Below, in pieces: positions 14,465 to 26,133 of a stretch of DNA of 64,000 nucleotides. The stretch is from Octopus vulgaris. Lineage: Eukaryota. The first letter of the stretch is position 1, and each line of letters starts with the position of its first letter. The translations under genes were made by a program, and so were the position numbers. The DNA lies in NCBI GenBank assembly GCA_951406725.2, contig OX597833.1, forward strand, positions 5,270,001 to 5,334,000. The letters run 5' to 3'. The notes under the pieces are model-generated. The model was not told the origin of the DNA and did no database searches. It worked only from the letters and a program-made list of their open reading frames with translations.

Positions 14465-15002
14465 ATACACACACATACACACGCACAGATACACACAACA
14501 ACCACACACCTGTACATTCACACATAAACCAAGATAGAATTTGAAGTAGATAGGGAGACACACAGCCGTGCCCAGCACGTGACACATCTGACATCAGAAA
14601 ATGATTCAAGCCTCCAGGGGTAAAAAATGGTGGACATGGTACAGCCTCGATGTAATTAGGGAAGCGAAAAGATAAAAACTGCTAAAACGCCATCGGCCAT
14701 TGCTGTTAAACCTAAAACTAAACATTACAATTTTTAAGAACGGCAACCACTCAGATAACAATAATAATAATAACAATAACAATACGAAGAAGAAGAACAA
14801 CAACAACAATGGTAACACAATAACAACAATAAATAGAACCACGTTAAAAACATTACGAACAACGATAACAAAATCACCAATATCGATAGAAGCCACAACC
14901 ATGGCGATAATGAGAACAACATTAATAATAACACTAACGACAATTGTCAACAATAACAGGCATCATCATCACCATCATCCTCATTACCATCATCATCATC
15001 AA

Positions 15003-15048
<46 letters not shown>

Positions 15049-15324
15049 GTCGTCATCATCATCATCACAATCATCATCGTCATCGTCATCATCATCATCG
15101 TCATCGTATCATCATTATCATCATCATCATCGTCATCGTCATCAACAACAACAACAACGACGACAACAGCAACAACAACAACGACAGCAGCAATAACAGC
15201 CATGAGAACGATTCCAATCCAGCGCTGCTCGAATTAACGAGGCCGTTCTTGCGTGGTCGTCATATCTGTCCCAAATCACGCTCTCCTGTTTTTAAAGGGA
15301 GACTTTGTAAATTGTAATAAAAAA

Positions 15325-15520
15325 TGTTTCCTTCTCAAGCCATGCCAGGCTCATAAGGTCCGGTTTCCCAGATTCAGTGGTGTATATATTCCCCACCTGG
15401 ACGAGACGCTAGTCCCTCGCAGGATTAACTCATTTCTGCCAGCTGAGTGGACTGGAGCAACGTGAAATGAAGTGTTTTGCTCAAGGACACGGCGTTTCTC
15501 AGTCCAGGAATCGAAACCTA
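15325..15520 (-). mobile_element. CORE-type SINE (family C) carrying tail type 3
   Basis: Minus strand: GTGTCCTTGAGCAAAACACTT..CACGTTGCTCCAGTCCACTCAGCTGGCAG, then ..CGTCCAGGTGGGGAA..GGGAAACCGG..GAGAAGGAAACA. Confidence 0.75.
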
Positions 15521-15589
15521 CGCCAACAGTAGCAAAAGCAACAGCGTCACTACAACAGCAACAGCAGCAGCAGAAAGAACGGTTGCAAC

Positions 15590-15925
15590 AAAATTTTAAA
15601 ATCCCCTGTGACTCCCTAATTGATGTTCGGAGACCAGACATCATTGTAGTGGATAAAGGGAAAAGGAAACTAAGATCATAGATATTGCCATACCTGGGGA
15701 TGTACAAAGCGTTAGAAGAGGTGGGAAAATAAAAGTCACTAAAAGACGAAATTGCAAGAATGTGGGAAATAAGGAGATTAACTGTTATTCCCGTAGTTGT
15801 AGGGGCACTCAAAGCCCCAACAACCAGGTTCGAGAAATATGTCAGAAAAATTGGAATTGATATGAGGACGGAACATGCTTAAAAAACTGCGCTTTGGGGA
15901 CAGCCAGGATTTTGGGATTGATGCT
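15590..15925 (+). pseudogene. Degraded RLE endonuclease 3' end of a second R4/Dong-like family
   Basis: KIPCDSLIDVRRPDIIVVDK..IIDIAIPGD..LKDEIARMW..TVIPVVVGAL..KIGI, with frameshifts and stops. Confidence 0.75.
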
Positions 15926-16243
15926 TGGTGTTGAGTATATTCCAAGATACTTAACACCTTGGCACCAAGTCTTATAATTCGTGGAAAGAAACCCTGTGAA
16001 ACCTTTGTTTAGCCATAAAACAGAGTGTCTGTCTTCAGTCATATCAATCTTGTTCGTCATAGAGTCCCTTTCACCATAGCAACGAGACAAATAGAAATGC
16101 TTGATCTTTCTCGGACAAACTACAGAGGCAGCACAACGACTCGCACGACTGAATCGGTAGATAGTGGGATCGAACAACATCAGCGAAATACCATCAATGC
16201 CAATATTGCGACTACGAAAGTGGTGCATTTATGTATACATACG

Positions 16244-16281
<38 letters not shown>

Positions 16282-16338
16282 TATATAGGTACATGTGCGT
16301 ACATGTATATATATATATAAGTATATATACCTACCTAC

Positions 16339-16424
<86 letters not shown>

Positions 16425-16433
16425 GTCTGTCTA

Positions 16434-16524
<91 letters not shown>

Positions 16525-17540
16525 TCATATATATATATATATGTGTATGTATGGACATTTATTATTTATATTGCATTTTATATATATATATATTCATACA
16601 TATATATATCTGCATACATACATGCATGCGTACATACAATCATACATACGTACGTACATACATACAAATATGGGTACATATATATATATGTATACACACG
16701 CACACACACTCACACACACACGCACACACACATATCTATGAGCCACCACTCTACATTCGCCATATCACAAACAACACTAACACCACCACCATTAGCACCG
16801 CTACTCTCACTGCCACCACTATCACAACCACCACCACCATTCTTCACGGTACTTACAGCACAGAGGCCTGTTCCACCCTGCCGTACTTACTCTCCTAGGA
16901 GCAAAATCTCTGAAAACATAAAACCTACGGCAATAGCTCTACATACATGGAAGTAATGTGTTGTTTGTGTTTGTATACGCCAACTGGATTACCTCCAATT
17001 CAATATTGCGCTTGGCACCGTCGGGCATTTATTGTCAGGAATTATAAAATCATAAAACAGGCGTCTGACAACCAGTCTTTTACAGAACAAGGTCGAACTC
17101 TTCGTAAGTTCTCTTGGGATTTAGCCTTCATGCCAAAGTTTTTACCATTTTAAAACTATCTACACGGAACGACGAGACGTTAGTCATAATAAGTCCCAGT
17201 TCTTGTCGATATTAAAAAGAATGTTATTTGCAATTTGTCCTGGGAGTGTGATTCCGTACCATAATGTATGGAAGGTCGATAGCGAAACGCATGGAAATTT
17301 ACTGCGGCGAACTGCAGTAGACTGTTCTTTTTCTCAGCCGGTTGGAATTCACTGCTCTTGTCGTGCGTGTGTGTCTGCATGTATGTGCGGGAGTTCTCAT
17401 TCATTTGTTGTTACTTGTTATCATCATCATCATCATTATTATAATTATCATTATTATAATTATCATTATTATTATTATTATTATTATTATTGTTATTATT
17501 ATTATTGTTATTATCATTATTATTATTATTATTATTATTT

Positions 17541-18754
17541 TATGTTTGACTTTTGCTTTACATTTGTACAAGTTGTCTCCAAGTTTCACCCAGAGACCTC
17601 AAGAGACAACAAGTTGGAAGTTCATGTGGGTGTTATGCCTAGGGTGTCATATATTTGGTTTTGTACTTAGTGTTGTACTAGTGAATGTTTAAGAAACCAT
17701 AAGAAAATTATGTTTGTTTTAAAACTTGAGATTACATAGAAAGGATTTTACGTAGGATATGGGCAGTTCTCATAAGCACTATTTTTTGAATTTCAGCCAT
17801 TTTGGGGTTTCCTGGCATCTGAGTTATGTAGGAATCAGCCCCTTTTGCTATCATTCCTAGGGCACATATGACAACAGGTATTGTTTTAGTCTTGTGATTC
17901 CACATTTTACCAATTTCTATTTTACGGTCTTTATACTTGCTCAGTTTTTGGTATGTCTTGACAGATGCGTTTATATCGATTTGGACAGTCATATCAATGA
18001 GGAGGCATATTTTTTGTCTGAAGCCCTTCAATATAATATCTGGCCGATTCGCATCTGTCTCTGTCAATTTGAACTGTGATGTTCCAGAGGTGTGAGATGT
18101 GATAACTTTCAAGCACTGAAGGTGGTTTGTGTTACCACCAGTTTATATCATGAGGCAGGTCCAGGTTTTTGCAAATTACCCGGTGAATATATTGTGCAGC
18201 TCTATCATGCCTGTTGAGATACTCTGCAGGCGCAAGAAGACTGCACATGGAGACAACATGATCAATGGTTTCATTTTGCTGTTTACATATACAACATGTT
18301 GGGCGGCTGCCGTTCTTTTATATGTTGACCTGGTAGTACCTTGTAGGTAGGCATTGATCTTGGGCTGCTATGATAAACCCTTCTGATTCTGATTTTAAGC
18401 CAGGAGCCACTAGCCATTGATGGGTAAGGGCTTGTCAACATCGGCACTATTAGCTCTTTTGGGGTATTTGCCGTTGAGTGGTTTCTCTTGCCATTTATCA
18501 GTAAGAATATCTAAGGTAGCACGGGTTTTCATACGCTTAGCTTTTTCTGTACATGTTTCCAGTACGTCTAATTCTGGAATTCTGGAATTCTGGAATTCTG
18601 GAATTTGTTGTATTTGGAATTCACTTAGATATTCCTTTGCCTGTTTTGTTACTGGGTATGATGCTTTCTTGTTTTCATATTTTGAGACAAGTTTTAACAT
18701 CCAGTCCTCAGAGTTTTTCAGGTAGGTGTCTAGGCCAATTGTGGCAATCTTCAT
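17541..18754 (-). mobile_element. 5'-truncated R4/Dong LINE (same family as 1596-2612), frameshifted, in (TTA)n
   Basis: ORF pieces 18410..18754 (KWQEKPLNGKYPKRAN) and 17732..18112 (DANRPDII..IDMTV..TAHILRKILSM*); same 3' terminus AAAGTCAAACATA followed by TAA repeats on the minus strand. Confidence 0.92.
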
Positions 18755-18764
18755 TATTATTATA

Positions 18765-18830
<66 letters not shown>

Positions 18831-18844
18831 ATATATATATATAT

Positions 18845-19120
18845 ATCATCGTGATCACCGTGACCGACCAGGCTATCAGATGTTGCTACACATCGCTGGT
18901 CACAATGCGCTTCGCATTGCTTTAGCCTTCAAATGACGCCACCCCGCTGGCTAAGCGAGCAGGCCAACAGACGAAAGAGTGAGAGAAAGTTGTGGCGAAA
19001 GCAGGGATCGCCACCCCCTGCCGGAGCCTCGTGGAGCTTTTAGGTGTTCTCGCTCAATAAACACACACAACGCCCAGTCTGGGAATCGAAACCGCGATTC
19101 TCCGACCGCGAGTCCGCCAC
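18845..19120 (-). mobile_element. tRNA-derived SINE, family A (tail type 2)
   Basis: Minus strand GCGGACTCGCGGTCGGAGAATCGCGGTTTCGATTCCC..CTTTCGCCACAACTTTCTCTCACTCT, then a tail unrelated to the other two copies. Confidence 0.75.
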
Positions 19121-19362
19121 CTGATTTCGGGTTCAGTTCCACTGCATGTCATTTTTGGTGTCTTCTGCTATAGCCTCGGGCCAACCAAAGTCTTGTGAGT
19201 GGATTTGGTAGACGGAAACTGAAAGAAGCCTATCGCATGTATGCATGTATGCATGCATGTATATGTGTGTGTGTTTGTGTGTGAGTGTATGTATGTATAT
19301 ATATACATACACATATGCATACATTTATATACGTATATATATATATGTATATATATACATAT

Positions 19363-19370
<8 letters not shown>

Positions 19371-19447
<77 letters not shown>

Positions 19448-20660
19448 AATCTATTTATCTTACCTTTATGAGATTATGTGTACAAGAGTATTCAATATTC
19501 TCCATTTCATGTTTTCTCTTCTAATTAAATTTGTTTTATATTCGTCTGTAATTTGCTTCTCCTAATTTTATCTGGTTATTTGTGCATGTTTTTAAAGAAT
19601 ATATATTGATTTTTATCTCCATATCAAACTGCAAAATATTTTTCACTCTGCAGCGTATCTTTAAATAACATCGTTTTTCAACACTACGCGTCCTTGTAAG
19701 CTTCATCTACATACAATAAAAAAAATGTCTTCCTTTCATATATTGCATCCGTCCAGCCCTCACGGCGAGGTCACCTTTACCTGTCATCCTTTTCAGGCGT
19801 CGATAAAATAGACTACAGATCAACCAGTGTAATTGTTTAATCATTTTCACTCTCTCAAAAAAAAAACCAAAAGAAAAAAAAAAAAAATGCTGGCCTTGAG
19901 CCAGAATTAGAAATAACTATAACTTTTATCGTCGGCGGTCTAACAGAATCGGTGGCGCGTCTCGCAAACAATGTTGCGGTATTTTGTTCAGCTTCTTTGT
20001 GTTCCGACTTCAAATTCCTATTTCTTTACTACCCACAAGGGGCTAAACACAGAGAAGACAAACAAGGACAGACAAACAGATCAAGTCGATTATATCGATC
20101 CCAGTGCGTAACTGGTAGTTATTTAATCGACCCCGAAAGGATGAAAGGCAAAGTCGACCTCGGCGGAATTTGAACTCAGAACGTAGCGGCAGACGAAATA
20201 CTGCTGAGCATTTCGCCCGGCGTGCTAACGTTTCTGCCAGCTCGACGCCTTCCGGTTTCAAATTCCGCCGAGACCAACTTTTCGTCTCTTCGTGATGGTC
20301 GTAAAATAAAGTACGAGACAAGAACTGCGAACAATGTAATCAACAACACCCCTCCCCTCAAAACTAATGGCCTTAATTAGAACCTATAATTAAAGCAGAA
20401 TAAGGTGGGTGAGCGAGCAGAATTGTTAGCAGGCCGGACAAAATGTTTAGCGGCATTTCGTCCGGCTTCACTTTCTGAGTTCTAATTCCACGGGGTCGAC
20501 TTTGCCTTTCATCCCCTAGGTGGGTCGATGGATTAAGAACCAGTGACAAGACATTGGATTTTCTATTTTACTTGCATAGTGAAGATTTGTTTTAGAATTT
20601 CGGATAAAATATATCCAATTAATACACGCGCGCACGCACAGAGAGATACAGACACAGACA

Positions 20661-20740
<80 letters not shown>

Positions 20741-21960
20741 AATCTATTTATCTTACCTTTATGAGATTATGTGTACAAGAGTATTCAATATTCTCCATTT
20801 CATGTTTTCTCTTCTAATTAAATTTGTTTTATATTCGTCTGTAATTTGCTTCTCCTAATTTTATCTGGTTATTTGTGCATGTTTTTAAAGAATATATATT
20901 GATTTTTATCTCCATATCAAACTGCAAAATATTTTTCACTCTGCAGCGTATCTTTAAATAACATCGTTTTTCAACACTACGCGTCCTTGTAAGCTTCATC
21001 TACATACAATAAAAAAAATGTCTTCCTTTCATATATTGCATCCGTCCAGCCCTCACGGCGAGGTCACCTTTACCTGTCATCCTTTTCAGGCGTCGATAAA
21101 ATAGACTACAGATCAACCAGTGTAATTGTTTAATCATTGTCACTCTCTCAAAAAAAAACCAAAAGAAAAAAAAAAAAAATGCTGGCCTTGAGCCAGAATT
21201 AGAAATAACTATAATTTTTATCGTCGGCGGTCAAACAGAATCGGTGGCGCGTCTCGCAAACAATGTTGCGGTATTTTGTTCAGCTTCTTTGTGTTCCGAC
21301 TTCAAATTCCTATTTCTTTACTACCCACAAGGGGCTAAACACAGAGAAGACAAACAAGGACAGACAAACAGATCAAGTCGATTATATCGATCCCAGTGCG
21401 TAACTGGTACTTATTTAATCGACCCCGAAAGGATGAAAGGCAAAGTCGACCTCGGCGGAATTTGAACTCAGAACGTAGCGGCAGACGAAATACTGCTGAG
21501 CATTTCGCCCGGCGTGCTAACGTTTCTGCCAGCTCGACGCCTTCCGGTTTCAAATTCCGCCGAGACCAACTTTTCGTCTCTTCGTGATGGTCGTAAAATA
21601 AAGTACGAGACAAGAACTGCGAACAATGTAATCAACAACACCCCTCCCCTCAAAACTAATGGCCTTAATTAGAACCTATAATTAAAGCAGAATAAGGTGG
21701 GTGAGCGAGCAGAATTGTTAGCAGGCCGGACAAAATGTTTAGCGGCATTTCGTCCGGCTTCACTTTCTGAGTTCTAATTCCACGGGGTCGACTTTGCCTT
21801 TCATCCCCTAGGTGGGTCGATGGATTAAGAACCAGTGACAAGACATTGGATTTTCTATTTTACTTGCATAGTGAAGGATTTGTTTTAGAATTTCGGATAA
21901 AATATATCCAATTAATACACGCGCGCACGCACAGAGAGATACAGACACAGACAGACAGAC
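19371..21960. repeat. Tandem duplication of a ~1.29-kb unit (2 copies) containing several family B SINE fragments
   Basis: CCCAATCTATTTATCTTACC at 19445 and 20738; paired ORFs at 19952/21244 and 20043/21335; only a handful of differences; breakpoints in (CA)n(TA)n. Confidence 0.95.
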
Positions 21961-22148
21961 AGACAGACACACACACGCACACACATACATACATATGTGC
22001 ATATATATACGTATGTATCTATCCATCTACATACATACATGCATACATACATATATACATCCGCACACACACATATATATATGTATATATATAATGTATG
22101 TATATATCTACATCTCTCTCTATCTCTCTCTCTCTCTATTTATATATA

Positions 22149-22472
22149 TGGCTCAGTGGTTAGAGCGTCGAGCTTACAATCGTGAGGTTGTGAGCTCGAA
22201 TCCCGGACCGGGCTGCGTGTTGTGTTCTTGAGCAAAGCACTTTATTTCACGTTGCTCCAGTTCACTCAGCTGTAGAAATGAGTTGCGACGTCACTGGTGC
22301 CAAGCTGTATCGACCTTTGTCTTTCCCTTGGATAACACTGGTGGTGTGGAGAGGGGAGGCTGGTATGCATGGGCGACTGCTGGTCTTCCATAACCTTGCT
22401 CGGACTTGTGTCTAGGAGGGTAACTTTCTAGGTGCAATCCCATGGTCATTCATGACCGAAGGGGGTCTTTAC
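22149..22472 (+). mobile_element. tRNA-derived CORE-type SINE (family C, tail X)
   Basis: TGGCTCAGTGGTTAGAGC..GAGCTCGAATCCC head; GTGTTCTTGAGCAAAGCACTT..CTCAGCTGTAGAAATGAG core resembling the MIR/CORE domain. Confidence 0.8.
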
Positions 22473-22479
22473 CCAGTCA

Positions 22480-22686
22480 ATTCAAATAAACAAAAAGTTC
22501 AAATAAACGAATAAAAATTAAAAAACGAAAAACAACGAACGTGAGGGCGTACACAAGACGTGAATTAGCTTGACGTTGGGTAAAAGGAGAGAATTTAACG
22601 TTTCGAGCATTAGCTCTTCGTCGGAAACTAGAAAGGTAAAAGTCCAAAGATGGAGAAGAAATCGCCAACGGCACACGTGTAGTCAC
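22480..22686 (-). mobile_element. Short Penelope-like-derived repeat with a minimal hammerhead-like motif
   Basis: Minus 22593-22628: TTT-CCGACGA-A-GAGC-TAAT-GCTC-GAAACGTT-AAA; related elements at 45170-45358, 56180-56375 and 57425-57525. Confidence 0.55.
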
Positions 22687-22944
22687 ATATATGTCTGTAT
22701 GTATGAATGTGTATATATGTGTATATGCATGTATATATGTATATATGTATGCATGAATGCGTGCATGCATCCACGTATGTATGAATGTATGTATTTGTGC
22801 GTGCGTGCGTGTGTGAGTGTATGTATGTATATGTATGTATGTATATATATATGTGTGTGAGCGTACTTCAACGCAATACACAATTCCGCGCTCTAAAGCA
22901 TGCTTGAAAACTCAATGACGAATCTTACATTTTTTTACAAGATA

Positions 22945-23170
22945 ATATAAGGTGGGGGCGGGGAGAAATCACGTAGTAACTCTGGAATAGTTGTGAGTAC
23001 ACATAACTGGATACCAATATATTATTGATTTCATAAACACGGCGCTGTGTTGACGTAGCTATGACGTGGCTATGACGTAACAATGACGTCGTTCTGCGAG
23101 CGGGAAGAAGTTTGTGTGGAAAAATTAGTGTTTACTTGAAGAGACACACGCGCGCATGCGTGCAGAGATC
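22945..23170. promoter_or_regulatory. Candidate promoter/enhancer: GC box, CCAAT, four CRE-like TGACGT sites, NRF1-like GCGCATGCG
   Basis: GGGGGCGGGA ~22954; CCAAT ~23014; TGACGT at 23051, 23062, 23073, 23084; CGCGCATGCG ~23151; CpG-rich non-repetitive island. Motif evidence only. Confidence 0.35.
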
Positions 23171-23576
23171 CATAAATACAAACATAGATTGCCGTAGTTA
23201 TTGCTTAAGCTTTCATGTTACATAAGTGACTCAAGCAATGAGAGTTTCGTGTGCTGTACTTGTTCCATACAATATATGTATGTACATCTTACACCTGTAC
23301 ACACGTCTGAGTGTGTAAAGGCGTGTGGGTGTGTAGGTGTGAGTTTGGGTGTGTGTGCATGTGCATTTTTAAAATTCTTCTGCTCTTTTATTTGTTTCAG
23401 TCATTTGACTGCGGCCACGCTGGAGCACAGCCTTTACTCGAACAAATCGACACCAGGACTTATTCTTTGTAACCCTAGTACTTATTTTATTGGTATATAT
23501 AATGAAAAATGTATATTTTGTACATTATTTACATTATTTACATTTGACAGATATTTGTCCCCATCTTGTTTGTTGT

Positions 23577-23623
23577 TAACACAACGTTTCGGCTGATATA
23601 CCCTCCAGCTTTCATCAGGTGTC
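23577..23623 (-). ncRNA. Minimal type I hammerhead ribozyme (mirror copy in the left arm)
   Basis: Reverse complement reads GACACCTGATGAAAGCTGGAGGGTATATCAGCCGAAACGTTGTGTT (one stem II mismatch). Confidence 0.7.
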
Positions 23624-23705
23624 TTGGGGAAATTTCGAACCTGGGTTTTCATTCAACATCGAAAAATACCTCAGGAATGAGAACCCAGGTTCGAAATTTC
23701 CCCAA

Positions 23706-23751
23706 GACACCTGATGAAGGCTGGAGGGTATATCAGCCGAAACGTTGTGTT
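23706..23751 (+). ncRNA. Minimal type I hammerhead ribozyme
   Basis: GACAC-CTGATGA-A-GGCTG(gagggtatat)CAGCC-GAA-ACGT-T-GTGTT: intact CUGANGA and GAAA cores, stem I GACAC/GTGTT, 5-bp stem II, palindromic ACGT in place of stem III. Confidence 0.75.
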
Positions 23752-23830
23752 AACAACAAACAAGATGAGGACAAATATCCGTCAAATGTAAATAATGAAT
23801 ATAATATAGAATTTTCATTATATATATATA

Positions 23831-24230
23831 GGCGCAGGAGTGGCTGTAAGGTAAGTAGCTTGCTAACCAACCACATGGTTCCGGGTTCAGTCCCACTGCG
23901 TGGCATCTTGGGCAAGTGTCTTCTGCTATAGCCCCGGGCCGACCAATGCCTTGTGAGTGGATTTGGTAGACGGAAACTGAAAGAAGCCTGTCGTATATAT
24001 ATATATGTATGTGTGTGTGTTTGTGTGTCTGTGTTTGTCCCCCTAGCATTGCATGACAACCGATGCTAGTGTGTTTACATTCCCGTCACCTAGCGGTTCG
24101 GCAAAAAGAAACCGATAGAATAAGTACTGGGCTTACAAAGAATAAGTCCCGGGGTCGATTTGCTCGACTAAAGGCGGTGCTCCAGCATGGCCGCAGTCAA
24201 ATGACTGAAACAAGTAAAAGAGTAAAAGAG

Positions 24231-24235
<5 letters not shown>
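23831..24235 (+). mobile_element. Full-length tRNA-derived SINE, family D (most abundant in the window)
   Basis: GGCGCAGGAGTGGCTG..GGTTCAGTCCC (A/B boxes), CTTGGGCAAGTGTCTT core, internal (TA)n(TG)n, tail GACTGAAACAAGTAAAAGAG. Confidence 0.9.
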
Positions 24236-24268
<33 letters not shown>

Positions 24269-25539
24269 CACGTACATACATCCACACATACATACATACA
24301 TACATACATACATACATACAGACAGACAGACAGACAGACAGACAGACTGAAATTCATGGCGTAGTGATTGCAAGTCAAATAACTTTACGGCAAAATGTAA
24401 AGAACGTGATGCCTTGGCAAAGCGTTAACTTAACTTCACGTTAGTTTTACGTCTCATTGTTGAAACTTTCATTTTTGGAGGTAATTCCTAAGCAGCCGTG
24501 ATTGGTGGGTGTGAGAACAAAATCCGATCGGTCAGATGATGGAGCTTTGAATTGAGACATTTTTTTTTTTGCTTCTTCCTTTCGGTTGACTTCATCCGGT
24601 TTGTCGGTTGGTTAACTTCCGGCGGGGCGACAGCTTATGTTTTGCCGAATTAATTCGGTTCGGCTGTTTTCTCATAATTATACAGATAAAATTTAGTTTT
24701 CTTACGGCGCTTTTCCTGTTTAGAATGTCAGATTTTGTTAATATTTTCAATACCTCCTTCTAACAGCGACTCTAGAAAGTTCATCCGTTAATTTATTTGG
24801 TGTAGTGTCATTAAACATGTCACGAGTGTTTCTTAAAATTATAGACGTTGTGATAGATGCTATCTGCTGCACAGCTTCTTCTGGTGGAAAGTGGTCTTGT
24901 GATTGGTCAGTCCTCGGCGAAGATGGAAACAGACGGATGCTTATTTAAAGATTAGTGAGATGTGACGTGAAGACTTGATTGCCATTTCAAATTAAAAGCT
25001 AATGAAGTTAAATGAAGACAAGGGGGTAGATTTTCGGACACCCAGCTGAGAGGACCGGTGTTCGCGTCGCGTCTTTGCCACTGTGTCTTCTTATCTTCTT
25101 CCCTTGTTTCAGTTATTAGAGTGTGGCCATGCTGGAGCACTGAAGAATTTCTAGAGGAATGAGTCAATCTCAAGACTTATCGTTTAAAGCCTGGTACTTA
25201 TTCTGTCATTCCTTATTTGCCGAACCGCTAGTTTAAGGGAATGTATACGCGGCAACACAAGTTGTCGAGTGGTGTGTGTGTGTGTGTGGGGGGGCAAGCA
25301 CAGACAAAGACGCACACACACACACGCACACAAACATACACAAATACAAACACACATTGTACCTTTAGCTGAGGCAGTGTCACGCCGGTATCACATGACA
25401 ATCACATTAAAGTTTTTGGAGTCTTCAGAATTCTTAGCCTGCTTCGACATTAATTCAATGAGCTGACATATTAGTTGACCGAAACTCTGATGAACAGCCA
25501 TGAGTAGACATTCTGAACATGACACAGATATACTCTTTT

Positions 25540-25937
25540 CTGCTCTAGGCACAAGGTCTGAAAGTGTGGGGGCGGGGGGGGGCAGTCGATTAGATCGACC
25601 CCAGTACACAACTGGTACTTAATTTATCGACCCCGAAAGGATGAAAGGCAAAGTCGACCTCGGTGGAATTTGAACTCAGAACGTAACGGCAGACGAAATA
25701 CCTCTAAGCATTTCGCCCAGCGTGCTAACGTTTCTTATTTCTTTACTGGTCACAAGGGGCTAAACATAGAGGGGACAAACATGGACAGGCAAAGTGACTG
25801 GTACTTAGTTTATCGACCCCGGAAGGATGAAAGGCAAAGTCGAACTCGGCGGAATTTGAACTCAGAATGAATAAAGACAGACGAAATACCGCTACGCATT
25901 TCGTCCAGCGTGCTAGCGTTTCTGCCAGCTCACCGCC
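25540..25937 (-). mobile_element. Two tandem family B SINE units
   Basis: ATCGACCCC(G)GAAGGATGAAAGGCAAAGTCGA..GGAATTTGAACTCAGAA-type block occurs twice (~25625 and ~25812). Confidence 0.8.
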
Positions 25938-26133
25938 ACACAAATACATATACTGACACACACACATACGCACAAAGAGACATACATATATACATATATG
26001 TTTATATATATGCATCTATACCTACCTACCTACCTACCTACATACATACATACATACATACATACATACATACATACATACATACATACATACATACATA
26101 CATACATACATACATACACATAAATATATACAT

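Larger units (their letters stand above)
23494..23828. mobile_element. Palindromic Penelope-like terminal-repeat fragment (~160-bp inverted arms, 20-bp spacer)
   Basis: Arms 23494-23654 and 23675-23828 are near-perfect reverse complements; each carries a hammerhead core. Confidence 0.8.

Noticed and set aside
14700-15317. 205-aa His/Asn/Thr-rich ORF
   Set aside because: Built from (CAT)n and (AAC)n repeats; no recognisable homology.
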